From Phoronis australis (taxonomy: Eukaryota; Animalia; Phoronida): 64,000 nucleotides of DNA. How positions within the stretch are numbered: position 1 is the stretch's first letter; every line of letters begins with the position of its first letter. The stretch spans positions 94,899 to 158,898 of the forward strand of contig NMRA01000767.1 in assembly GCA_002633005.1 (NCBI GenBank). Reading direction: 5' to 3'. The notes beneath the pieces were generated by a model. It was not told the origin of the DNA, did no database searches, and saw only the letters and a program-made list of their open reading frames with translations. The position numbers were made by a program, and so were the translations under genes. Below are positions 48,042-60,898 of the stretch, in pieces.

Positions 48042-49544
48042 TGTAGTCGTTTCACTGAACATAAGCATTTGTCACTTATCAAATTGAATTTCAGTCTTTT
48101 TAGTCATTTCCTGAATATCTTTAATCATGTATTTTTGTACCCTGATTTAATTAATTAATTAATATATTATAGGCATCTCAAAAGTTCTTGAAGGTCCATA
48201 GAAAAATCTAGAAAACCAGTGACTGGAGAAGATATGAGTTTATCATACAAAACCAGTAACTAGAGAAGATATGAGTTTCTCATACAAAACCAGTAACTAG
48301 AAAAGATATGAGTTTATCTTACAAATTAAAAAATAAAAATGACAAAAAATTTGTTATTCCTGTTATAAACAAAGTGTATTTACTTCTCATCAATGAAAAC
48401 ATTGATTAGATAGTGTTNTTCTACACTGTATATTATTTATCCCACATTGACGATAGATCGAACATAAAACATTAGGATGGATCACATTACTATAAACAAT
48501 TAGACAAACTTGGCAAAACGAGGTTCAGTATAGCTTGCTTGTGTATAGGTGTTTCTTAGTCGGATTTTTTTATAAGAGCAAACTGTGATGTTAGTTGGCA
48601 TTATGTCACTGAGAGCAGACCTTTCGTACTCTGTCAACTGCTAGTTGACATTATGTCACTCATAGCAGACTGTTCACACAATGTCAACTGCTAGTTGTCA
48701 TTATGTCACTCACAGCAGACTGTTCACACAATGTCAACTGCTAGTTGTCATTATGTCACTCATAGTAGACTGTTCATACTCTTGTCAACTGCCAGCTGGC
48801 ATCATGTCACTCACAGTAGACTTCACACAATGTCAACTGCCAGCTGACATGTCTCTCAGAGCAGACTGTTCACACAATGTCAACTACTAGTTGGCATCAT
48901 GTCACTCACAGCAGACTGTTCACACAATGTCAACTGCTAGTTGCTGTAGTCGTTTCACTGAACATAAGCATTTGTCACTTATCAAATTGAATTTCAGTCT
49001 TTTTAGTCATTTCCTGAATATCTTTAATCATGTATTTTTGTACCCTGATTTAATTAATTAATTAATATATTATAGGCATCTCAAAAGTTCTTGAAGGTCC
49101 ATAGAAAAATCTAGAAAACCAGTGACTGGAGAAGATATGAGTTTATCATACAAAACCAGTAACTAGAGAAGATATGAGTTTCTCATACAAAACCAGTAAC
49201 TAGAAAAGATATGAGTTTATCTTACAAATTAAAAAATAAAAATGACAAAAAATTTGTTATTCCTGTTATAAACAAAGTGTATTTACTTCTCATCAATGAA
49301 AACATTGATTAGATAGTGTTGTTCTGGACATGTTCACTGGGTTCTGTTGTTGTGGTTACACTTTTCAAGCTAAGAAGGATATGTCTCAACCAGTCATTTA
49401 ACTCTGAAATATCATGCAAACTTTCATACTGTATCCATAGGCCTACTAATTAATTCATAGAAACAGTGTACCAAATTCTTAAGTGTTTTTGTGTGTCCAG
49501 TGATTAAACCCTTTCTGCTTTTGTAATGTTATTGTCTCCAGTAA

Positions 49545-49718
<174 letters not shown>

Positions 49719-49923
49719 TGATAGTGTTTTGTTAAAAATAATCCTGATTGGCACTGTTCTGTGTAAGCTGGCCTCAGTTAAATTTGACTTGCACATTCTG
49801 TACGCTGTGTTCCAGAGGCTTGTTAAATAAAGTAAACCTTACATATATTCATGTGTTCAGTTGGTGATTATAAGGCACTTAAAACTCTTCATTTTTGTGT
49901 TGATGTTGTTATTTCCTTTGCAG

Positions 49924-50026
49924 CGCCTGGTCTCCATGAATATGCCATTAAACAGTGATGGTACAGTCATGTTCAATGCAACACTGTTTGCTCTGGTCCG
50001 CACATCACTGGGCATCAAAACAGAGG
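49924..50026 (+). CDS. Cav1: Cav1 exon: proximal C-tail
   Basis: [34 protein letters not shown]|gtaggt. Confidence 0.96.
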
Positions 50027-50770
50027 GTAGGTTGTAGCTGTTTGACCATCAGCTAAATTAGATGAAGTAATTGACTTTTTGTGGTATTTAGCAGAATCTT
50101 CTGAAGATGCCACAGAATATTTCGCCAAATATTCTGTTTTACTGTTTCATTACACAATTAAAGGGGTATTTCGCTCCTGTTTAACTGTCAATGTTGAATT
50201 CTTAACCAAAGGGGTCTGGGCTTTAAAGGGATTACCATGCTCGTGCTTTCTTGAATTTTGCCAATAGGTGGCAGCATGTATTACAGGCAAGGAATAAATG
50301 CACCAAGAGAATTTCCAACCTGTAGTTTGGGGTTGGGTAACTCCTGGACCTGCAAATCTTGAAGCGTTTTCTTGAGTCGCTGATGTTTTTGATATTCTTG
50401 TTGGTGATGGGAATAAAGTTCTGTCACAGTAAGAAATGCAATGAGACTGACCTAAATCAATTTTTGTTTTTAGCCTAATAAATGGTTCAAAATCCTGCTT
50501 TAGGTTTTTGCTCTCAACTTTGTTCTCAGGACCCAATATTGAAATAGATACCAGTTTTTAAGCTTTGTGATTTTTTAAAATAAATTTATTACACACTAGT
50601 TCATCAGTTGAGAACATTTTGTTTATAACTAGGCACAGTAGGATTAAACTCCCTATTTTGCATTGCAACAGGATACATTGACAAACAGAAATGTTTCATT
50701 CCCAACACTGTAGAATGCTGCTCGTAGCAATACTTCCAAATCACCGTGATCCTTGGCTGTTGTTTCACAG

Positions 50771-50872
50771 GTAACATAGACCAGGCAAATGAAGAGCTTA
50801 GAGCTGTCATCAAGAAGATATGGAAACGAACTAACCCCAAGTTATTGGATCAAGTGGTGCCCCCTGCTGGAC
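50771..50872 (+). CDS. Cav1: Cav1 exon: pre-IQ
   Basis: [33 protein letters not shown]|gtaagt. Confidence 0.96.
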
Positions 50873-51402
50873 GTAAGTAGGAACTTAAAGAGTTGCATCA
50901 TGTCTTTGTACTGATGCTTCCCTCTGACATGGTGCATTATTATTGTCCAGTGTTTATATCTCACTGAAGACGTGCACTTTTAACAAACAGACACTGCTCT
51001 AACTCTCTGTGTGGGCTGAGTGTCCTGATCAGTTTGTATAACCAGTAATTCTTAAAAGTTGCGTAAGTAGAGTTGTCTGTCATCTCTGTTGGTCAGCTGA
51101 GGTTTACCCCCTCTTTTGGCAGTTTGTCGAGTTCAGAGGATGTACAAAATGAGATGCCATTTCGAGAGAAGTGTAATATCTATAGTGCACTATTGAGTTG
51201 GGAGAACTGTGTGACCTTTCATCAACAGGGGAAATAAGCAGTATTGTTCAATTTAGTAAATAACAAACAAACAGTTAGCTCCGCCTAGTGAGACGATATT
51301 TCAACTACTCTACTACACGTTGTCATTGTTGTATCACTAGGTATACATGTTAGAGCTGTGTGGATTTACTTTAATCTCTGTATCACTAGATATCCATGTT
51401 AG

Positions 51403-51916
<514 letters not shown>

Positions 51917-52558
51917 AAACTTGTATTTAGTGCTGCAGAGCTTCAATCAATTTCTTAGTAACTGCCAACTACAAATGACGACTGATGGTAAAAGCACTTT
52001 TTGAATTCTAGAATATTTTTGTTCTCTGAAACACAGTCTCGCTCAGTCTGTTGCAGCAGTTTATTGCCGTGACTAGTTGAGCCAACAGGTCAAAAACAGT
52101 ATACTTGACTGACTCTTATATCCACTCGTAGAACGGAATGTCACTCCTAGTCAGCTGACATGTATTACAGTGGCCCCATCTATACACAACATGTCACTCC
52201 TAGTCAGTTGACATGTTACATTAGCCCCATCTTTACACAACAGCCTGCCACCCCTAGTCACCTGACATGTTACAGTAGCGCCATCTATATACAACCATGT
52301 CACATCTCTAATCAAACTTTAGAGTGTTCAAATGAATCGAAATCTTTTCTGTTTTGTTAAAAATTACGATAAATCTGTGATATTATGCTTGTCAGGTGCA
52401 TTTTGTTTGGAATTTCTTAATGATCAAAAATTATGGGCTGGGGTTTCCTGCTGCATGTATCATGCACTTTGATGTTTTTAATAAGATTTATTAAGTTTTA
52501 CACTCGTCTCATCCTGTTTCTATGCCAACATTTGCTCACCAAGTGTTGTGTCTCCCAG

Positions 52559-52675
52559 GCTGGCCTGCGTGCTGTCCATGACTTGGGACCAGAGATACGC
52601 CGTGCCATCTCTGGTAATTTGGACGAGGACTCTTTCCCTGACAAGTCTGCTGACATTGAGGAGCCGATGCATAGG
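52559..52675 (+). CDS. Cav1: Cav1 exon: post-IQ/PCRD region
   Basis: AGLRAVHDLGPEIRRAISGNLDEDSFPDKSADIEEPMHR|gtaact. Confidence 0.93.
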
Positions 52676-53510
52676 GTAACTATGGTGACCTCAACCTGTG
52701 ATAGTTTTAGCTGTGACCACTTGGTGACTGCTTCAGTTTTTAAAAAACTATGAACACATCATTATTTACACAGCAATCACTATTAGTGTTGCTTTCTGAG
52801 TTTATGATATAATTTCAAATTCACCAACATGATTGTTGAAGTGCACCATGTTTGGAGTTTTTGAACCCCATTTATTTGTGGTTAATATCTATGGCTCTGT
52901 GGATGATTACAATTTGTGTTGTTTCACATTGATTGGCTGTCAATCATGGGTGACACAGCACTGAAATTAGCTCCCCGGCCCCCTTATGATGCACCGCCTA
53001 TGTGATCATGGGTGGTGCAGCACATGTAGCCTCCCCCCAGTTCCCTATGGTGCGCCGCTCATTGTGTACAATGACATTGGTAATACTAAGTAGTGATACT
53101 GATGACAGTAGTTGTATTATTAATATTATATGTGTTAATGTAATGATTTGACAATATTTATAGTATTAGTAATAATAATTTATTATAAACATGATGATAT
53201 TTTGAATAGTAATACTTATAACAACCAAATATTGGCAAATATTCACATTGATAGCTATAATGATAGTTGTATTTTTACCAGTTGTGATTGAGCTATAAAA
53301 AGTATTGGTNTAAAATTACGATAGATCTGTGATGTTATGCTTGTCAGGTGCATTTTGTTTGGAATTTATTAATGATCAGAAATTAAGGGCTGGGGTTTCC
53401 TGCTGCACGTATCATGCACTTTGATGTTTTTAATAAGATTTATTAAGTTTTACACTTGTCTCATCCTGTTTCTATGCCAACATTTGCTCACCATGTGTTG
53501 TGTCTCCCAG

Positions 53511-53627
53511 GCTGGCCTGCGTGCTGTCCATGACTTGGGACCAGAGATACGCCGTGCCATCTCTGGTAATTTGGACGAGGACTCTTTCCCTGACAAGTCT
53601 GCTGACATTGAGGAGCCGATGCATAGG
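53511..53627 (+). CDS. Cav1: Identical second copy of the post-IQ exon (probable assembly duplicate)
   Basis: Lies within a 952-bp-offset duplication joined at single N 53310. Confidence 0.5.
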
Positions 53628-54385
53628 GTAACTATGGTGACCTCAACCTGTGATAGTTTTAGCTGTGACCACTTGGTGACTGCTTCAGTTTTTAAAAAAC
53701 TATGAACACATCATTATTTACACAGCAATCACTATTAGCGTTGCTTTCTGAGTTTATGATATAATTTCAAATTCACCAACATGATTGTTGAAGTGCACCA
53801 TGTTTGGAGTTTTTGAACCCCATTTATTTGTGGTTAATATCTATGGCTCTGTGGATGATTACAATTTGTGTTGTTTCACATTGATTGGCTGTCAATCATG
53901 GGTGACACAGCACTGAAATTAGCTCCCCGGCCCCCTTATGATGCACCGCCTATGTGATCATGGGTGGTGCAGCACATGTAGCCTCCCCCCAGTTCCCTAT
54001 GGTGCGCCGCTCATTGTGTACAATGACATTGGTAATACTAAGTAGTGATACTGATGACAGTAGTTGTATTATTAATATTATATGTGTTAATGTAATGATT
54101 TGACAATATTTATAGTATTAGTAATAATAATTTATTATAAACATGATGATATTTTGAATAGTAATACTTATAACAACCAAATATTGGCAAATATTCACAT
54201 TGATAGCTATAATGATAGTTGTATTTTTACCAGTTGTGATTGAGCTATAAAAAGTATTGGTATTAGTAACAGTAGTTAATATGTAATAATGTCTTTGATA
54301 ATTAAGTAATAATCAATGAACATTTCCAGTGATTGTGTGACATTAACAAGACATTAATAACATAGTGATGATTGTATGGTTCCAG

Positions 54386-54693
54386 CGAAACCACAGTCTG
54401 TTTGGTGGTGTCATGTCAGCCATCACGGGCAAGCCTCGCAGCAACTCTCTACAGGTGAACTGTACCAACGCCCATCCCAGAGTGTCACCAACCAACTCTC
54501 TCAACACCTACGGTGCCCCTAACGATCATAAGAAAGTGTCTCCCCAGAACTCTCTCAGTAATGGTGGCTCATTTGGCCACCTGGGCGTTGACTATCGTAA
54601 TGGCATCAATCGCTCGCCTTCACCTGCCGTGATGGGCAATCATCTTCAGCCGTGCAATATTGACAATGACTCTCGAAGGCAGAGTCAGTCCAG
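54386..54693 (+). CDS. Cav1: Cav1 exon: C-tail
   Basis: ttccag|RNHSLFGGVMSAITGKPRSNSL..SRRQSQS|gtatag. Confidence 0.88.
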
Positions 54694-56110
54694 GTATAGA
54701 CATCTAATAGAGTGTAGACAACTAAAGTCTGTTCAGAGTGCGTGACGAGTATTTTGCTTCAGCCATTGAAAACCAGGGTCTTTGCACAATCAATTCACGA
54801 CCTCTGACATATTGTTTGCAGGCAGTTTCAACTTGTGTCAATACTCTAGGCCTGATATGAACTTATGTTCACCTAAAACTTGTAATAATGAAATCATTCC
54901 TTCTGTTGCTAATCCTTAATTGTTTACATTTTCTCCAAGTTCTTACCTAGCTTCATACTTGGGACTTAACTCCGCTTCCACAAACTGGCGAGTCTGTAGT
55001 CTCATGGCGTATTCACTGTATTGTGCGTGACTTCACAAATTTTTAACTGTATATTGTTGCAGTTGTAAATCGTTTGCAGTTTCCTTTCTAAGTCGCCATG
55101 GTTACCATTGGCAACTTGTGTTTCCTTTCAACATTGTAAACTGGCAACTAAATTTTGCCCTGACATGTAGAAACCTTTGCTATTCCTCCTTGGTGCAATA
55201 GCATTAATTGTGATGAAGCTGTGACCGTCTGTTCCTAGTAGTCAATTTTCTGTTGAAGCTGTCTGTGACAAATGGTTTGTATTGGTCATTTCCAGGAAGT
55301 AACTGCAGTTATCAGGCCTTGTCCAACACTCACTGGTAATTTCATTGCATGCATGGGCGACAAGGCTTGTGTGCAGTTAGCCATGAATGTGGTTTTGGTA
55401 ACACTGGGGCAATCTATCCGCTCTTTTGTGAGGGCTTGCTATGCCCTGCCGTGTTACAGTGTTCTGGCTGTCACAGGTTGCTATGGTAGCCTCGTGTAAT
55501 ATGAAGGGGGGTGGCTACCTTGGTGGTCCATACAAATAGAATGGGAACGGCCCTATAATGAGTGCCATATTCAAGGACATCATATTGAATGATTATTCTA
55601 ACCTCCAAAATGAGGTGTCTGAATAATTTTTGTTATCAAAATCTCATGAGACTGAAAACTTGGTTTATTATAAATGGGGAATGGCATTGGTTTTCTAATG
55701 GATGCATAGCTCTCTGTTCATGTCAAAGTGAGTTTTGCGCAATGTTAAAATTTACTAATTTTTTTTTGCAGCTTAGATCTTAACTAATAAGGGAGATATA
55801 ATTGATTGCTATCAACAATGAAGCCAAAACTTCCCATAGCGTTAACCTCAACCTATAACCTATGAGCTATGTTGATTGATATATAATTTTAATTGGAATG
55901 CAAATTATTGCCATAGCTTAGACATTGAGGCATGTCTAACAATGTTGTGTAGCATCCTGTGCCGTTTTATCAGTCTCCACTTTCAGCAACACTAACAGTC
56001 TTATTGAAGGCGATGGTATACTCAGCTGCTACATTCCATGACTAGACCCACTAGCTCCACCTGTGTCTGAAACCTTTAACTAATTCCCATTCATGTGCAT
56101 ATTCCTTTAG

Positions 56111-56134
56111 GCGATCCTTCAGGACCAGTACACG
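56111..56134 (+). CDS. Cav1: Candidate 24-nt C-tail micro-exon
   Basis: aactaat branch, attcctttag|GCGATCCTTCAGGACCAGTACACG|gtaata; frame-preserving. Confidence 0.5.
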
Positions 56135-56580
56135 GTAATACTGACAGTCTGCAGTCTTGTCTTCTCTGGTTGTTTGACTTGCTTGCTTTATTAAATGGTT
56201 TGGGGTGACTTTAACCTTACCCAACTTGCGTGCTTTCATTACTGAGTGGTGTTGGGTTATTTTGGTGTCTTTTTATGTTGGTTTTGGTCTGTACCTACTG
56301 GTGTCACTGTTTTGTTTGCAATAACTTGAAGCATGACTTTCTTGGTGAATAGTTAAATGATAACTTGCTGTCTGTGATAACATTAGAGTACTATAAGTGG
56401 AGCCATGTTGTGATCCAAAGTTGACTTTTGACCTCACGACAGTAGTTTATCAAGCCTGTTTTGGTGAGACTTCAACAAACCTGTGTGACTACTGAAAGTT
56501 GTGTATGTAGTCATGGTTACAAAACTGACTCGTACCTCAGTACACCCGGGTCAGTCACATGGTCACATTTTCTTTTCAAG

Positions 56581-56616
56581 ACCTTTCGCTGGCATGGACC
56601 AACTTGGCCATGACAG
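56581..56616 (+). CDS. Cav1: Candidate 36-nt C-tail cassette exon
   Basis: ttttcttttcaag|ACCTTTCGCTGGCATGGACCAACTTGGCCATGACAG|gttagg; frame-preserving. Confidence 0.4.
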
Positions 56617-56976
56617 GTTAGGGTAAAAAAATGTTGTTACACTTGCACAGCCATCAAATGGTTTGTGTTTATTTTTTCTGTTTTTTCCTCTTAGTTCAAG
56701 TATTCGTCATGGTGGTTCCTGTTGGTCACAACGCCATCTATTGGTCATGGACCATTTGTTAGTAACAGAGCCACCTTTGGTCACAGTGGCTCCTTTTGGT
56801 CACAGTGCCGTCTGTTAGACGTGGTGCCACTTTTTAGTGACAATGCCACTTTTAGGTGACAGTGCCACCTGTTGGTCATGGCGGTTCATGTTATTCACAG
56901 TGTCATTTGCTGTACGTACAGACCACGGCCATGGCTCTCTAACCTCATCTCCATCCTTGCTCACTCTCCTCTCTAG

Positions 56977-57177
56977 TTCCCACCTGGATACTACCAGTCT
57001 AACACATGCTAACTCTGCTAAGGACGGCGACTCTCACAGCTCTGCACCTCGACACTGCTCTATCGACACCTCCTTAGAAATAATCCCGCTGATGAAGCTA
57101 AAAAATCTAGCCAATCGCGTGACGTCTCGTTCATGCTGTGAACTGACTCGTAAGAAGGGCTCAGTAATCTACAAGGA
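56977..57177 (+). CDS. Cav1: Cav1 exon: C-tail
   Basis: ctctaac branch, long pyrimidine tract, tag|T TCC CAC CTG..TAC AAG GA|gtgagt; phase 2-2, open frame. Confidence 0.7.
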
Positions 57178-57192
57178 GTGAGTAGAGATTTG

Positions 57193-57280
57193 GACATGCA
57201 CACACCTTCAGACTGTGATTCAGACATGAACACACCTTCAGACTGTGATTCAGACATGCACACACCTTCAGACTGTGATT
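57193..57280. repeat. 30-bp tandem repeat after the donor
   Basis: gacatgcacacaccttcagactgtgattca x3. Confidence 0.85.
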
Positions 57281-57837
57281 AATGTGTGTCCGAAATGAGC
57301 AAGTTTTAGAGTAGACTCTTAACCCAGTCTCTTTAATGTTGACAACTTGCCCTGAGTGATATATGGTCCACTTCAGTGGATTTGCGCATTGTCACCATTC
57401 CTGGACCTGTTGCAGATGTTGACATATGTGCTAACTCTCCCAAATTTTAATTTGTGTGATGTTTTCATAATATTTGCAGTAGCCTTAACTAGCCATCAAC
57501 TAATCACTAGAAGTTGATTTAACTACTCTTTGTTTCTGCTAGAAGTAGCATGTATTTGGTGATGGACTTGAGTGGATGTTTTATTTTTAATATTTAGCCT
57601 TTTATTACTAATTGATCAACTTTTTTATGTTTTTTGCTGTGACAATTTGCTTTTGCAGTTGATATGAATGACTTGACTAACAGTTTCATTAAAAGCTTGT
57701 AGCTTATTCCCTGTAGTGTCAATTAGAAACTAGTTTACGGATCCCTAGTCTTGGCTAAATTTCATTTACTGATCATTCAGAATCTGTATACTCACTAGTA
57801 CAGCTCTGTCAATGAATATTCATGACGTACGTTTTAG

Positions 57838-57970
57838 TGTACCCCAGGAAGATGGTGAACACCCCGACTCACCCAGACCACTACGCAAGCTAAGCAAACG
57901 TGGGACTTCCTTCAAACTGGGCTGTATCGGGAAGCAAGCCAGTGATGAGAATCCGCTGATGAACAGGAGG
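57838..57970 (+). CDS. Cav1: Cav1 exon: C-tail
   Basis: ttttag|T GTA CCC CAG..KRGTSFKLGCIGKQASDENPLMNRR|gtgagt. Confidence 0.8.
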
Positions 57971-58167
57971 GTGAGTTGTGTCCTCTTGGTATACATACTA
58001 AATGCACGGCTACTGGATTGACTGGTTCAAAGTAAAAAACTTGGCCATGCTTGCATGATTATTAGTGCGATTATGAATAACCTGCAGTGTGTCAGTTGCT
58101 GTTTGGTTGTACTCTGTGGTGAATGAAACTTAGCTGTGGAAGCTTATTTTAGGTCACTATCTGAAGC

Positions 58168-58540
58168 GGAATGAATAGATGACTGGTGGCTATGTGTATG
58201 GCTATCTCATGTTGACTGTCACAGTACTGGAATGAATAGATGACTAAGTGGCTATGTGTATAGTTATCTCATGTTGACTGGCACAGTACTGGAATGAATA
58301 GATCACTAGTGGCTATGTGTATAGCAATCTCATGTTGACTGTCACAGTACTGGAATGAATAGATCACTAGTGGCTATGTGTGTAGTTATCTCATGTTGAC
58401 TGGCACAGTACTGGAATGAATAGATGACTAAGTGGCTATGTGTATAGTTATCTCATGTTGACTGGCACAGTACTGGAATGAATAGATCAATAGTGGCTAT
58501 GTGTATAGTTATCTCATGTTGACTGGCACAGTACTGGAGT
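58168..58540. repeat. 61-62-bp minisatellite
   Basis: ggaatgaatagat..gtggctatgtgtatagttatctcatgttgactggcacagtact, about 6 copies. Confidence 0.9.
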
Positions 58541-59373
58541 ATGTAACTATTGGCTCTGTGTGCAGCTCTACCATATCGACTGTCACAGTCCTGGAGCTGT
58601 TAATCCACGCAATTTTTTGTTGTTGCTGTCAGATTTACACGGCTTTAAATGTCATTTCTGACTGTCACTCTATCATGACTAGGTAGTGCTGAAGTACACA
58701 GTTTTACTCTTGACCAGCTCATTTATAGTCCATCCATGGATGGACTATGTTGTGGTCTTGAGTGTCATCATCTGGCATTCATTGGATTGTTGTTGATCTA
58801 CCTCTAGTCCTGCAACTGTATATAAGCGATAGATTGATACCTTTGCAAATGGCAGTGTTTCCTGGCAAAAGTGTAGCCATTCATACATTTTTGTGTCTTA
58901 GTTTGTCACTGCTCTTGCTCATGTAATTTAGATTAAAGTTTGATCTGGCTCATATCCATAAAAGTACCTGTTGGTTGGACCTTTCACAATCAGTATTTTT
59001 TACCCATTAAATTCATGCCACAATTGTGTATCCTGAACCTGTGTTTGATTCGTCTGTTCATGACTTTCACATTCTTCCCTACTAATCATATAAGCACCCA
59101 ATGTGACTGACCAAACAGATTGAAATAAAAACCCTGTCAACCTTGACTGGTCTCTTTTTGAAATTGTATAATTTAAATTTACTTTTAGTCATAACAGTGT
59201 CTACCCGTGCGTCACGATGTCACCGGACTAACTTTCTAAATACAAGCTAAAAACCAATTGTTCACTGTGCTGTACAACTTATGGTGTTGTACCTGTTGAT
59301 CAACTGTATAATCAGCCACAGCTCATGGCAGTTAAAATATGATCAACTGTTGATTGGCTGAGTTATTTTGCAG

Positions 59374-59482
59374 GGTATGGCGGTGACTGGGATGGCACAG
59401 AAGGAAGCATCCTCTGGGGATCACTCTACCAGGCAGCATACGCCACCGCCCTCTCCAGGCAGATTGAGGCCTTCCTACATTG
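59374..59482 (+). CDS. Cav1: Cav1 exon: distal C-tail (duplicate at 60057-60165)
   Basis: ttgcag|GMAVTGMAQKEASSGDHSTRQHTPPPSPGRLRPSYI|gtgagt; MAVTG resembles the Cav1 AVAG motif. Confidence 0.8.
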
Positions 59483-60722
59483 GTGAGTTTAATGTGTCTG
59501 GCACTTTTTGCAGAGAACGCACATAATTATCACGAAAATGCATTTATGGTAAAAATTCATTAGCTTTGGATGGTCTCATCAACTTTGNTCACTGCTCTTG
59601 CTCATGTAATTTAGATTAAAGTTTGATCTGGCATGTATTCATAAAAGTACCTGTTGGTGGGACCTTTCGAAATCAGTATTTTTTACCCATTAAATTCATG
59701 CCACAATTGTGTATCCTGAACCTGTGTACGATTCGTCTGTTCATGACTTTCACATTCTTCCCTGCTAATCATATAAGCAATCAATGTGACTGACCAAACA
59801 GATTAAAATAAGAACCCTGTCAACCTTGACTGGTCTCTTTTTGAAACTGTATAATTTAAATTTACTTTTAGTCATAACAGTGTCTACCCGTGCGTCACGA
59901 TGTCACCGGACTAACTTTCTAAATACAAGCTAAAAACCAATTGTTCACAGTGCTGTACAACTTATGGTGTTGTACCTGTTGATCAACTGTATAATCAGCC
60001 ACAGTTCATGGCAGTTAAAATATGATCAACTGTTGATTGGCTGAGTTATTTTGCAGGGTATGGCGGTGACTGGGATGGCACAGAAGGAAGCGTCCTCTGG
60101 GGATCACTCTACCAGGCAGCATACGCCACCGCCCTCTCCAGGCAGATTGAGGCCTTCCTACATTGGTGAGTTTAATGTGTCTGGCACTTTTTGTAGAGAA
60201 CGCACATAATTATCACGAAAATGCATTTATGGTAAAAATTCATTAGCTTTGGATGGTCTCATCAACTTTGGACTTGATGTTTGTCAGCAGACCATTCACA
60301 GAACATGGTTGTTTTAAAGCTAAAGACACCATAACTCCTGAATGACCAAAATTGTTTTTTGTTTCATAAACAGTTAGTAGCATATGCTCAATTTTTATTT
60401 TATATTATTTTCTGCAATTTTGTGATACTGATGATTGTGTGCAGTTTTGATCATTGTAACCTTTCAGCAACTATATCATCACACTAAACTAAACTGTGAC
60501 TATGTCCGACTCAGTGCAACTGTTGTTGTGTCTGACAAGTGAGCAACACGTGCTGCATACTTGTCTTCTGAAGTTGCACTGTTCATCAACTGAGCTGTTT
60601 TTTCACCTGAAATTTAATCTGCGCTGGGAGGTTTCTGTTTCAATTTTAATTGAAAGTGAGAGTTCAATAATTGTGCTTTTAATTCGCGCTCTGATGATGT
60701 CTGTATATAATGCCTGTCCTAG

Positions 60723-60898
60723 ATCGGCCTCACATGCCAGACCTGAGTGACAGTCGGTCTATGACTGAGTTAGATGAGTATCCCCCACCAGCTTACTCAC
60801 GCCACAGTAGTTTCTCAGACCTGCCATCTCGTGAGGAGCCTTTGAGTCTTGACGAGCGAGCGCGACGAAGAAGTAATGCTGAAAACCTTGTTGAAAAG
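60723..60898 (+). CDS. Cav1: Cav1 exon: distal C-tail
   Basis: cctag|AT CGG CCT CAC ATG..RRRSNAENLVEK|gtaata. Confidence 0.88.

Noticed and set aside
47419-49320. ~1-kb direct duplication
   Set aside because: Joined at single N 48418; the copies differ only by SNPs and minisatellite copy number, consistent with two alleles
52358-54261. Duplicated post-IQ exon (52559 and 53511) as a tandem or mutually exclusive pair
   Set aside because: The exons are identical, the introns nearly so, and the join is a single N (53310); long reads would be needed to overturn this
58633-58682. Possible C-tail exon (cag|ATTTACACG..ACTAG|gtagtg)
   Set aside because: At 50 nt it breaks the phase 0-0 join between 57970 and 59374, and there is no recognisable homology
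58906-60270. Duplicated distal C-tail exon (59374 and 60057)
   Set aside because: Single-N join at 59588 and only one silent exon difference; including both would frameshift
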